Shown: in pieces, positions 9,526-18,529 of the stretch
Numbering within the stretch: position 1 is the first letter of the stretch
Layout: each line of letters starts with the position of its first letter
Source: a virus
Strand: one strand, 5' to 3'
Virus record (IMG/VR): IMGVR_UViG_3300032561_000012
Span: 1-64,000 of that record
Length of the DNA: 64,000 nucleotides
Made by a program: the position numbers and the translations under genes
Notes under the pieces: model-generated
Told to the model about the DNA's origin: nothing
What the model saw: the letters and a program-made list of their open reading frames with translations, nothing else
Databases searched by the model: none

Positions 9526-10927
9526 GGTATTTGCACTCCTGCCAAAATTCTTTCATTTGTGGAAACACATCTAAGAATGTTTCATCACGTGCATCTTTTG
9601 TTGTAGCACCACGACGTTTATCATATTCATTAAAGAAGCGATAAAAATCAGCACGCTGTTCATGTAGATACTTGTCAGTGAGTTTCTTACCTTTCTTCAT
9701 CCAATCTAGGTCACGTTCTAGGCGTTGGATTTCATAGTCTTTGAATCCATCAAAACGAAGTTCACCTTCCTTAAGTTGATGTTGCTTCATATACTTGACT
9801 ACATCAGCTAATATCACAGTATAGCTTTCTGGAAGAATTTGTAGACTCTGCCAACTAGGTGTACGTAGTACAGGAGTATCAAACCAAACACGTTGATAAG
9901 TTGAACTATATGTCTTACGCAAAAACAAGATCTCTTCTAACAAACGTTTTAGTCCTAAAATGCTCAGATTGTTCATGGTAATAATAAACGTTAGGCTATT
10001 GCGTCCTGGAATTTCTTCTAAGAAACGAGTAGTATAGTCAACTACCCTACTAGGATTTAAGCCACGACGAATATAACTAGCATGTTCTGGAATACCAGTG
10101 TCAAGGCTTACATACTGCATGAAGTGTTCAATCTTTGTGCCTTCACATAACTGTTTGACTTTGTCTATATACTTGTTAAACAGTTCTGGTTCTACGCTAA
10201 AGTTACTAGTAACATCTACGTGTAAGTCACTCTTAGGTGCCGCTAGGATATAGTCAAACACACGATGCGTGTTCTTGTCCATTAGAGGTTCACCACCAGT
10301 CATTCTAAAATGTTTTAGTTTAGGGTATAGTTCAGGCCACCAAGCCCAAAACGCATCTACATAAGGATTATCATCTTTAACTGGAATAGGTTTGCGTCGA
10401 CCTTGGAAGTGTTCTGGAGCATTATGTGGCTTGCTGGTAGGATATGCACCCCAGCGGTCAATATCCTTTTGCCATTCTGTGCTGAACTGTGGACTGCAAT
10501 AGCTACATGCTAGATTACAGCCGTGACTAAAGTTTACTTCTACATAACTAGGAGTAACATCAGCGTCCCATGGTAGATCTTTAATAGTGTCGTAGTGTTC
10601 TGCCGCCCAGGGTTCACCACTACGATAGTGACGATCACTTAAGTGTCCAGCATCCTCCATAGTCCAGCAGTAGTTACACTCTTTAGGGCGAGTACCCTCT
10701 AGCATTTTCTTACGTTGTTCTTTCTTATATGCTGTGTTATGTAAGGCGCTAGGATGAAACACTAAAGGGGCCGCATCAATCTCATGTAAGGGAGGATGGT
10801 AACAGCTATTGTTTAATCCTGTAGGTAAATGTAGGCTTACCTGTTGCCATTTAGCCAAGCAAAGACTAGGACCTAGTTTGTCCTTCATCTCTTCTGCACT
10901 TGACATGAATACGCTTTTATTAGCCAT
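9509..10927 (-). CDS. Radical SAM enzyme with N-terminal twitch-like domain (CYH subtype)
   Basis: CLAKW...SCYH...CNYC, then CNLACSYC, TGGEPL, VTSN. Confidence 0.9.
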   Translation of the reverse strand: MANKSVFMSSAEEMKDKLGPSLCLAKWQQVSLHLPTGLNNSCYHPPLHEIDAAPLVFHPSALHNTAYKKEQRKKMLEGTRPKECNYCWTMEDAGHLSDRHYRSGEPWAAEHYDTIKDLPWDADVTPSYVEVNFSHGCNLACSYCSPQFSTEWQKDIDRWGAYPTSKPHNAPEHFQGRRKPIPVKDDNPYVDAFWAWWPELYPKLKHFRMTGGEPLMDKNTHRVFDYILAAPKSDLHVDVTSNFSVEPELFNKYIDKVKQLCEGTKIEHFMQYVSLDTGIPEHASYIRRGLNPSRVVDYTTRFLEEIPGRNSLTFIITMNNLSILGLKRLLEEILFLRKTYSSTYQRVWFDTPVLRTPSWQSLQILPESYTVILADVVKYMKQHQLKEGELRFDGFKDYEIQRLERDLDWMKKGKKLTDKYLHEQRADFYRFFNEYDKRRGATTKDARDETFLDVFPQMKEFWQECKYHAEAS

Positions 10928-12041
10928 TGTTATTTACTACCTGTTTATAAGCAACCTGTGAAAATGGAAGATAATCAAAAAGATTTTCTTTACGGATCTT
11001 ATCCAATAGCAATATGCTTGCTATAGTATTTAAAAACAAAGATTGTCCTTGATTTTTCTGTATTTTATTCTTAGCATACATTAATTGAGATATACTTTCT
11101 TGTGACAATGGCATCGTTAATGCTTGATCAACTTGTTGATTAGCCAATTCAATTAACTCTGGCGGTAGACAATCTACCGAATAGTAATCTGGAAATTCTA
11201 ATACAGATAACCACATGTCAATTCCTATATTGTTAAAATATTTTACATATTCATCTAAGAACCAAATATTTAAATTACTAACAACATTATCAGTTGTAAG
11301 TTTTAAATTGTCCATTTTATCTCGATGTTCTACCAGATCTTGAATATTTTTTTCTATCAAAGCCCAATTGGATCCTGATCGAAGACTATTAAGTTTTTCG
11401 CCAACAGCATCTATACTAATATGATAATCAACTATACCAAAATGTTTCCAATAATCAAATATAGATTTATCTTTATATTTTAACGTAGATACATTACTAT
11501 TGTATCTCAATGAGACATTTTGACTTTTTTCTTGTTTGATATATTCGTCTAATACTTCCCAATGGCAGGGATTTAATAAAGGTTCTCCCCCTGTAAAATA
11601 AATTTCTGTTACAGAATCATTTACTATTATGTCTAGATAGTCTGTTAAATCAGTAAAACTATCAATTTCAATCCCAAATTCTTTTTCCCATAGACTACTT
11701 GAGTGTGGCCCGCAGGTACGACAAGATAGATTACATACCTTAGAATTTCTTATATCAATATATTGATATCCAGTCCATGGCTGTTTACGATGATTCAGAC
11801 CTTGTCTATAACTTTTAACGTTGTTTGCTTCTTGTTTTGTGCATATACGGCATTCAGCAGGAGCACAATTTGTTTGTTTAATACGTTCTTTAAGATCAGC
11901 AAAAGGATTTCCTGTTTTTAAATCAGTAATATTTTTCCTGTAAGAATGATCAATTACACAACAGGGAGCAATTTTATTATTAGGAAAAAATGTAATGCCG
12001 TTGGTAATAGCTGCACAGGTCCATTGTTCTTTGCTTGTCAT
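10920..12041 (-). CDS. Radical SAM enzyme with N-terminal twitch-like domain
   Basis: CAAI...PCC...CRIC, then CNLSCRTC, TGGEPL, YNSN. Confidence 0.88.
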   Translation of the reverse strand: MTSKEQWTCAAITNGITFFPNNKIAPCCVIDHSYRKNITDLKTGNPFADLKERIKQTNCAPAECRICTKQEANNVKSYRQGLNHRKQPWTGYQYIDIRNSKVCNLSCRTCGPHSSSLWEKEFGIEIDSFTDLTDYLDIIVNDSVTEIYFTGGEPLLNPCHWEVLDEYIKQEKSQNVSLRYNSNVSTLKYKDKSIFDYWKHFGIVDYHISIDAVGEKLNSLRSGSNWALIEKNIQDLVEHRDKMDNLKLTTDNVVSNLNIWFLDEYVKYFNNIGIDMWLSVLEFPDYYSVDCLPPELIELANQQVDQALTMPLSQESISQLMYAKNKIQKNQGQSLFLNTIASILLLDKIRKENLFDYLPFSQVAYKQVVNNNG

Positions 12042-12937
12042 TCTCTAACCATTGGTCCTTGATTTTTAAAGTTACTCTTATAATGATGTTTAAAAAATTT
12101 GCTTTCTTCTGGATCCATATCCACAATAGGTAAACCTAAACGTTGCCGTAGTGTATCACCTATTACCTTGCAGTGATCTATAGCAATATCCTCATGGTTG
12201 TATTCATTCCATAGGTCTTCAAGTGTATCAAAGTCTTGTACCCAACGATATTCCCAATCGCATAGCATTGTTAAGTATGTGCCCAAGCGTGCGCCATATA
12301 TTGCCCAGAAGCCATTTTCTACATCTGCGCCTACTGTTTGCCAAATGCACAAATGGTCATAGTTACGTGAGTGTACACGTTGCTCAAACTCAGATAAATT
12401 AGGCTTTGCACCGCGATCTAAACACATCTTAACGCCTTCACGGAAGCCTGCACGCCATGCCTGGAAAGCTGTTTGATTAGGATATGTTGTTGAATAACAA
12501 TCTGCCATAGCCCAGTAGTTGGGATAGAAACAAAACTCTACATCATTCTTAGCGTCGCCGTCTGATGCTTCATGTGTTCGCATGTTATACACAAACTCTT
12601 TGGTCCAGCAACTTAGTCCTCCGTTTCCGTACTGTAGCCCATTAATATGGTTGCGAGCACGCCAACGAAATACTTTATCGCTATTAGCATCAGTAAGAGC
12701 AAGCTGAAGGTTAAAAAATCCTGGATCGGGTATATTATCACCGTCAACAACCACAAAACGATCAGTGTCGCTGATGTCAGCACATGCCTTGTGTGCGGCG
12801 TCACTGCCCTTAACTCCGTCAACCCTTTTTGCCCATGGTACCATGTTTTGAATCTTAATCCAATTTTGTTCTTTATTAGGTTCATCATATGTTAGGTATA
12901 TTACATCCAAGTCTGCTATGTCAATTAGTTGTGTCAT
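12038..12937 (-). CDS. GT-A-fold glycosyltransferase-like protein
   Basis: DVIYLTYDEP start, AHKACA helix, VVVDGDN DxD motif, YGNGG. Confidence 0.6.
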   Translation of the reverse strand: MTQLIDIADLDVIYLTYDEPNKEQNWIKIQNMVPWAKRVDGVKGSDAAHKACADISDTDRFVVVDGDNIPDPGFFNLQLALTDANSDKVFRWRARNHINGLQYGNGGLSCWTKEFVYNMRTHEASDGDAKNDVEFCFYPNYWAMADCYSTTYPNQTAFQAWRAGFREGVKMCLDRGAKPNLSEFEQRVHSRNYDHLCIWQTVGADVENGFWAIYGARLGTYLTMLCDWEYRWVQDFDTLEDLWNEYNHEDIAIDHCKVIGDTLRQRLGLPIVDMDPEESKFFKHHYKSNFKNQGPMVRE

Positions 12938-13283
12938 AATATTCTATAGTTGAGTATTCTTCATTTTTTTCTAAAATCAATCCTGCATGATTTTTAACCA
13001 CGGCATATCCGTGATCGCTTTTCTTTAATTTTACACTAATTCCTAGGTCAAGAGCAATCTTTTCTAGACGATTTCTTTCTAAATTTACATAATACCTACT
13101 GGCATTATCGTATACATCCTTTTCTACAACCAAGTATTTGGTATTTTCTGGGTGTTGTTGCATAGTACACATAGTAATCTTACCCGTGTCATCATAATGA
13201 ACCCTATATTCAATGGGTTCAGGTACTATAACTCCAAAACTAGCCAGGGCCTGATTAAACTCTTCTTCCCAACTCATCTTCAT
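12921..13283 (-). CDS. Hypothetical protein
   Basis: ORF overlapping both neighbours in the operon. Confidence 0.55.
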   Translation of the reverse strand: MKMSWEEEFNQALASFGVIVPEPIEYRVHYDDTGKITMCTMQQHPENTKYLVVEKDVYDNASRYYVNLERNRLEKIALDLGISVKLKKSDHGYAVVKNHAGLILEKNEEYSTIEYYDTTN

Positions 13284-14121
13284 ATTCCTTAACTATATCA
13301 TCTGTGATCCATGACTTTTCATAATAGTGTAGTGGGTGATATTGATTTATATTATTAATACGCACCATTGGCAAATCCAATTCATAGACCAGTGCTTCGT
13401 GCCAGGGTATAGATCTACTCAATCCGTTAATGTCTGGTTTCATATGTACAAAATTAATAAAATCTATTGCAGGTAACAGACATTTTTCAACTCCTAGAGT
13501 TTTGGCTGCTATAGAGTAAACCACATCAGTGGTAGGTATTTTGTCTCGACAATTTTTTAATACATTATCTCTGATGTAATTCCAATTGGTAAAAATTTGT
13601 TCTGCGTATCTAAAAAAATCTGCAGAATCTTGACTATATCTAAAATACATTAGTCCGCTGTAGACATCTGGCAAGTCATTATCATCAAACAAACGTCTAT
13701 AACTACGCACTACGCTAGGTTGTTCTAGGTAATCTTTACATCCCTGACTAAGCGCAATGTTCTTTAATCTGAACGTAGTCCACCAGTGCGCTATGCTGCG
13801 AGTAAAAATCAAATCACTTTCTAATTTAATTGTTTCTTTAAACGGTGTTAGATAAAATACCTGCCACTCATTTGACAATTTCCACTCAGAATCTTTTGCC
13901 AGATCCTGTTCTAGTAGAATAACATAGTCAAAAACTCTGCGGTGTTGTTCTGTAATCTGTTCCATGGTTGCTGAGTCAACTATAACAGCATATTGACTGC
14001 CGGGCATGGTTAGCTTTATGCTCATGGCCTGCACATAGGCCAGACGTAGGTAATCAACGGTAGTATTTTGTGCTATTGACACAAACCCTTGTTGTGCCTG
14101 ATGAGGTGTTATTCTGTGCAT
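13255..14121 (-). CDS. GT8-like glycosyltransferase-fold protein
   Basis: YLRLAYVQAMSIK, FDYVI, LTPFKETIKLESD (DxD position), YSGLMYF, HYYEK. Confidence 0.55.
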   Translation of the reverse strand: MHRITPHQAQQGFVSIAQNTTVDYLRLAYVQAMSIKLTMPGSQYAVIVDSATMEQITEQHRRVFDYVILLEQDLAKDSEWKLSNEWQVFYLTPFKETIKLESDLIFTRSIAHWWTTFRLKNIALSQGCKDYLEQPSVVRSYRRLFDDNDLPDVYSGLMYFRYSQDSADFFRYAEQIFTNWNYIRDNVLKNCRDKIPTTDVVYSIAAKTLGVEKCLLPAIDFINFVHMKPDINGLSRSIPWHEALVYELDLPMVRINNINQYHPLHYYEKSWITDDIVKEYEDELGRRV

Positions 14122-14918
14122 ATTGTTTTTACAAAATTATCAAAATCATCTGACAACAAATATTCTTTATCCATAACGTGAATATTCTGTTGTGGTACCA
14201 GTACAGCTTTATTAGTTTCTTTAATTGTTATTAAACCCTTGTCAATTGACATTGATTTTATTGGATCATTGTAGGTAAACATTGACCACGGAATTAGAGT
14301 ATTGGGATTTTGATTATACCCGTTTAATAGATTATTGGCTATGGTAAATGCAAAGTCATTTCTAAAAGCCCCATGTTTAACATGATATAGATTCCAGTAG
14401 TATAGATAATTTCTTTGTACACGCCCTACTAGATTAAAAAACATCTGTGCTGTTGGTGTCTTTTTAAATACCGCGGCAGTGGCCCATTGATAGACTAATC
14501 CGTATGCGCCCATCTTATCAGGCCAAGCACCAAGTTGTGTTTGATTTTGTGCTGTGATTTTATAATCAAAATCTTGCTCAAATAATTTCAATAGATTGCA
14601 ATCTAAAACCAAATAATCGCCGTCAATTAAAATAGTTTCATCATACGGGCTTAGATCATATGCACGATATCTATTGCCGTTTTTCCATGCTGTGCCTTCT
14701 TTAGTTCTAATATTTGGCATGGTATTGCTGATGCAAATAACATTGTCAAATATATCACTGGCAATCTCAGAGTCAGTTATCAGTGTTACAGGTAGATTAA
14801 GTGTGTGAGCAATTAATTGACTAGAACGTTTGGCTATTTTTACATAGTCAACTGTGTCTGTATTAAAAGCAAATAATACAACACCTCTAGACTTTGCGGG
14901 CACGTTTGATTTCTGCAT
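14109..14918 (-). CDS. GT8-like glycosyltransferase-fold protein, paralog of 13255-14121
   Basis: LPVTLITD, FDNVI, LSPYDETILIDGD (DxD), RNDFAF. Confidence 0.6.
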   Translation of the reverse strand: MQKSNVPAKSRGVVLFAFNTDTVDYVKIAKRSSQLIAHTLNLPVTLITDSEIASDIFDNVICISNTMPNIRTKEGTAWKNGNRYRAYDLSPYDETILIDGDYLVLDCNLLKLFEQDFDYKITAQNQTQLGAWPDKMGAYGLVYQWATAAVFKKTPTAQMFFNLVGRVQRNYLYYWNLYHVKHGAFRNDFAFTIANNLLNGYNQNPNTLIPWSMFTYNDPIKSMSIDKGLITIKETNKAVLVPQQNIHVMDKEYLLSDDFDNFVKTICTE

Positions 14919-15201
14919 GCTGGATATGCCACATATTCATTACCATTTGATAATGTTGTTTACATAACCCTAAGAATTCTAATCTATTAACTAGGATTGG
15001 ATTTTGGTATGTGTCTTCTAAGAAGAGCTCATCTTCACCCCAGGTGACTACAAAAGAATACAGCTCAGGAGTTGCTTTAAACAACCCACCATTATAGGCA
15101 AAATGTAAATCAGTTTGAATTTTTTCGCGTAGAATACGCTTGTTGGTTTGGTAATCTGTTGCTAAACGGATTTGGTCTACAATTTTTTCTAAGTCGCTCA
15201 T
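14887..15201 (-). CDS. Hypothetical protein, first gene of the modification cluster
   Basis: ORF preceded by a late-promoter-like ATAATTA 5 nt upstream of ATG. Confidence 0.6.
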   Translation of the reverse strand: MSDLEKIVDQIRLATDYQTNKRILREKIQTDLHFAYNGGLFKATPELYSFVVTWGEDELFLEDTYQNPILVNRLEFLGLCKQHYQMVMNMWHIQHAEIKRARKV

Positions 15202-15238
15202 ACTAGTAATTATCTAGTCTAGCAGACTTAGAAAAATA

Positions 15239-16198
15239 TTATGAGATTGTTACAGTACCCCAGGTATTAGTTAGGTATGTGGTTTCTGGATAAACAACAT
15301 TGATTTGAGCATTGTGGGTAAATCCAACAGTATTATTAAAATGTGAGTTACCGCCTACTGTAGAGCAATAGGTATAGAATGTAACTGTAATTGTTGATCC
15401 ATTATCGCTATGTGAACCTTGAAGTCCATTAGTGTTAACAGCAATATAAACATAGTCACCATCATAAACATAGGTAGAATTAGCTGATGTAATTTTTGCC
15501 ACTACCTGAGCTGAGGTGCTCATATTCCAATAACCTAAGCCAGTGTTATTAGTACTAACTGTACCGCCACTACCAGAATAGCTAGTAGTAGTTCCCTTAA
15601 TAGTGATACCTGTTAAGTTAGTTCCCCATAGGGTTACAAAGTCAGCTGAATGGCTTGTACCATTTGATCCTGTTGGTGTATTTACAACAACGTTGATTTG
15701 CCCGCCTGCGTTAAAGAAATAGCGTGCTTGGTCAGCACTGGCAAAAGTTACAGTTCTTGTGATTGTACTTGTTTGTGCGGCACTAGAAGTATCTGTAAAT
15801 GATATTGCAGTACCATAGTTACTGCCAGTAGTTGTAGTACCTTGCGCATAAGCAGTTGCACGTGTTGTATTAACTTGTGTAACTGCGGCAGCTACGTTTG
15901 AAAAATACGTGATAGTTTGGCCAGCTGTCATATTGATGTTAGCACCGCCTAGGCCCCCACCAATTTGTGTTTGTCCTTGGTGTGCTAATGCGGCGTTAGT
16001 AGTATAGACTAATCCTGCCCATTGTACGGCTGTAACTGTACCGCCTGTTGAAACTGATGCAATTAAACTAGTGCTTTGGCCGTATCCCCAGGTACTGCTA
16101 CCAACTCCCCATACATAAGCAACATTGCCGCCAGCAGTTGTTTGTGCTAGTCCATTGTAGTCCGTTGCTTGAATTAATCCACCAGAAGCGTATGCCAT
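15239..16198 (-). CDS. Virion structural protein, fibre/baseplate associated
   Basis: Thr/Ser/Gly-rich; ARYFFNAGG motif; located in the fibre cluster. Confidence 0.6.
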   Translation of the reverse strand: MAYASGGLIQATDYNGLAQTTAGGNVAYVWGVGSSTWGYGQSTSLIASVSTGGTVTAVQWAGLVYTTNAALAHQGQTQIGGGLGGANINMTAGQTITYFSNVAAAVTQVNTTRATAYAQGTTTTGSNYGTAISFTDTSSAAQTSTITRTVTFASADQARYFFNAGGQINVVVNTPTGSNGTSHSADFVTLWGTNLTGITIKGTTTSYSGSGGTVSTNNTGLGYWNMSTSAQVVAKITSANSTYVYDGDYVYIAVNTNGLQGSHSDNGSTITVTFYTYCSTVGGNSHFNNTVGFTHNAQINVVYPETTYLTNTWGTVTIS

Positions 16199-16212
16199 GT
16201 TCCTATCCCGTT

Positions 16213-17622
16213 TTAACTATTTAGTTTGACGATGGCTTCAATTGTACCCTCGTCTAATGTTGTTTTATTATCTAAACTACGTCCAATGACGTTGAATGCT
16301 GTGATTTCACTGCGTAGAGCTGATCTAGCTAAGCCATTGCCTGCCGACACTAGGCGATCACCTTTTTTAACCATACCAATAACACGCACAGGCACACGTC
16401 CTTGAACTGCCACTGGCGGGTGTGTTAGATCGTTACCTGCTGATCCATTCATTAGATAAGCTGCACGTGTACTAATAACTCCAAATACATCTTCTGTTAG
16501 GTCTTCTGCGGCTGCTGTAATTTCTTTAGCACCACCAAGTGCTACCACTGTGCCAGCTGGATATGCTGTATCAGCTTCAAATCGTTCTGCCAAGTCAGCG
16601 TATTGTGCAGTAATAGATGTACCAACTAGGTAGTTAGCATACACATTACCAAATTTACTGCCTGTAGATCCAATATTAATACCAGCACCGCTTGGTAGTA
16701 AGGTATTTTGTAATGTTGTGGTACCTGCAACTACAAGAGGTCCAGCAAACGTACTTGTTAGGCTACTTGCAGTTAATGTTAATATTGTTTGGTTAACACC
16801 GCTTTGATTAACTTGGAATAATATGTTTTTGTTTGAGGTAGTTTCTTGTAGAACAGCTGATGCTCCGCCTGCGTTAATCACTAGATCTGAGTTAACAGTT
16901 AATCCAGCTGTTGATAATGCGTATGCCGTTGTGAATGCTGTTTGGTCTGACATGTAGTGACTGGCTGCCAATCCACCTAGTGAATTTGCACCTTGTGTTG
17001 CGCCAGTGAATTGTGCGCCTGTCAATGATGCTTGACTAATCAAATTCAATCCAGGAATAATTGTAGTAAATCCTGGAATAGCTGTTTGTGGGGTAAATGT
17101 AGTATCTTTACTTAGAATAGCAATAGCTTGGTTACTAATGTAGAATATAACTACTACATGACTAGCTGAACTTGAATCTAAAATTGTTTGTGTAACAGGA
17201 CCGCTAGTGCCTGCTGTGCTAGTATATGCTGGGCCGATGGTAATCCATGCTGAACCAGACCATACTTTTAATTGTGCGTTAGTTGTGTCCCACCAAATAT
17301 CACCAGTAACGCTAACTGATGCACTAGGTGCTGTTGATTGTGAGATTGAGCTTGAAATAGGTTTCCAAATGTTGTTAGCACTGTTATATACTTTTAAGAT
17401 CTCGTTAACACTGTCGTACCAAAGTTGACCTGTTAAAGGTGCTGTTGGGGGAGTACTGTTGCTGAAATTTTCTAATATTTCAACATAGTTTTCGTTTAAG
17501 AAAATACCGTAACCAGCATAGTTTTTACCAATTAGGGTTATACTAGTTGCTGTGGTATTAACTGTACCATCTGCGACAGTTGCTAGTGTTCTACCAGCTG
17601 TTGTTGTGACTGTATATGACAT
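16213..17622 (-). CDS. Tail fibre/baseplate protein with C-terminal intramolecular-chaperone-like domain
   Basis: N-domain shared with 18530-19843 and 19857-21218; C-terminal YADLAERFEAD...GRVPVRVIG..KKGDRLV. Confidence 0.7.
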   Translation of the reverse strand: MSYTVTTTAGRTLATVADGTVNTTATSITLIGKNYAGYGIFLNENYVEILENFSNSTPPTAPLTGQLWYDSVNEILKVYNSANNIWKPISSSISQSTAPSASVSVTGDIWWDTTNAQLKVWSGSAWITIGPAYTSTAGTSGPVTQTILDSSSASHVVVIFYISNQAIAILSKDTTFTPQTAIPGFTTIIPGLNLISQASLTGAQFTGATQGANSLGGLAASHYMSDQTAFTTAYALSTAGLTVNSDLVINAGGASAVLQETTSNKNILFQVNQSGVNQTILTLTASSLTSTFAGPLVVAGTTTLQNTLLPSGAGINIGSTGSKFGNVYANYLVGTSITAQYADLAERFEADTAYPAGTVVALGGAKEITAAAEDLTEDVFGVISTRAAYLMNGSAGNDLTHPPVAVQGRVPVRVIGMVKKGDRLVSAGNGLARSALRSEITAFNVIGRSLDNKTTLDEGTIEAIVKLNS

Positions 17623-17678
17623 TTTTCTAACCTATTTAATATTATATTATTTATCACACTTTAATCCAAGGGTTTAGA

Positions 17679-18527
17679 TTAATATGTAATGTTAATGTAC
17701 CCATTTCCGCCAGATGTATAGTCTGCGCCGCCATTAGAGCCTATACCTATAGTTGCTCCTCCTGGTACTAGACTTTGTCCATTTATGCCGCTAGATCCAG
17801 CAGAACTATTATCTGCTCCGGCTGATCCGCCTGCGCCGCCTAATGGATAGCCGCCTCCGCCACCACCACCACCACCGCCGTCGTAACCAGCACTTCCACC
17901 AGTACCACCAATTGATGTTCCAGAATAACTTGTAGCACCTTGGGGGCCGCCTGCTACATTATTACTACCTCCAGTACCACCCCCGCCACCTGCGGCAACA
18001 ATTATTGGGCTTCCATTTAATAACACTACAGATGCGGCGCCGCCGCCACCGCCACCGCCTGATCCGCCATGTGGGCCAGCATTACCGCCTGGGCCGCCGT
18101 TATAATTACTATAATCTGTACCACCTGCGCCGCTTCCACCACCGCCGCTAGTAGTCCCGTTTGTGCCACCACCGCCTGGTAGTAGAGTATAGACTGTGCC
18201 TGGAGTTGTAGACGTTGTATAAGTTATGATGTTACCAGCATAGCCCGCATGACCTGGGCCACCGCCATCATCTCCACCACCACCACCACCGCCGCCTATA
18301 ACGGTAAACGTCAGTGAAAATATACCAGCTGGAACTGTAAAACTGTTGGTTGTATTAGGTGTACTATAGGTAACGTTGCCAGATCCGTAGTTACCAAAAA
18401 CCTGTTGCCATACGCCGTTGGTTTTAGTGTAAATTCGTTTGATAGGTTGCCATACGCCGTTGGCTTTGGCATAGACTGCCTGCGCCTGTCTTTGTACTCC
18501 ACTGGCTTTAACGTAGGTATTTGGCAT
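17679..18527 (-). CDS. Glycine-rich adhesin, analogous to T-even gp38
   Basis: N-terminal YxKxNGVW repeats followed by many poly-Gly runs. Confidence 0.6.
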   Translation of the reverse strand: MPNTYVKASGVQRQAQAVYAKANGVWQPIKRIYTKTNGVWQQVFGNYGSGNVTYSTPNTTNSFTVPAGIFSLTFTVIGGGGGGGGDDGGGPGHAGYAGNIITYTTSTTPGTVYTLLPGGGGTNGTTSGGGGSGAGGTDYSNYNGGPGGNAGPHGGSGGGGGGGAASVVLLNGSPIIVAAGGGGGTGGSNNVAGGPQGATSYSGTSIGGTGGSAGYDGGGGGGGGGGYPLGGAGGSAGADNSSAGSSGINGQSLVPGGATIGIGSNGGADYTSGGNGYINITY

Positions 18528-18529
18528 AA

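Noticed and set aside
17760-18300. ccg/cca triplet runs resembling a microsatellite or array
   Set aside because: Explained by poly-Gly codons of the adhesin
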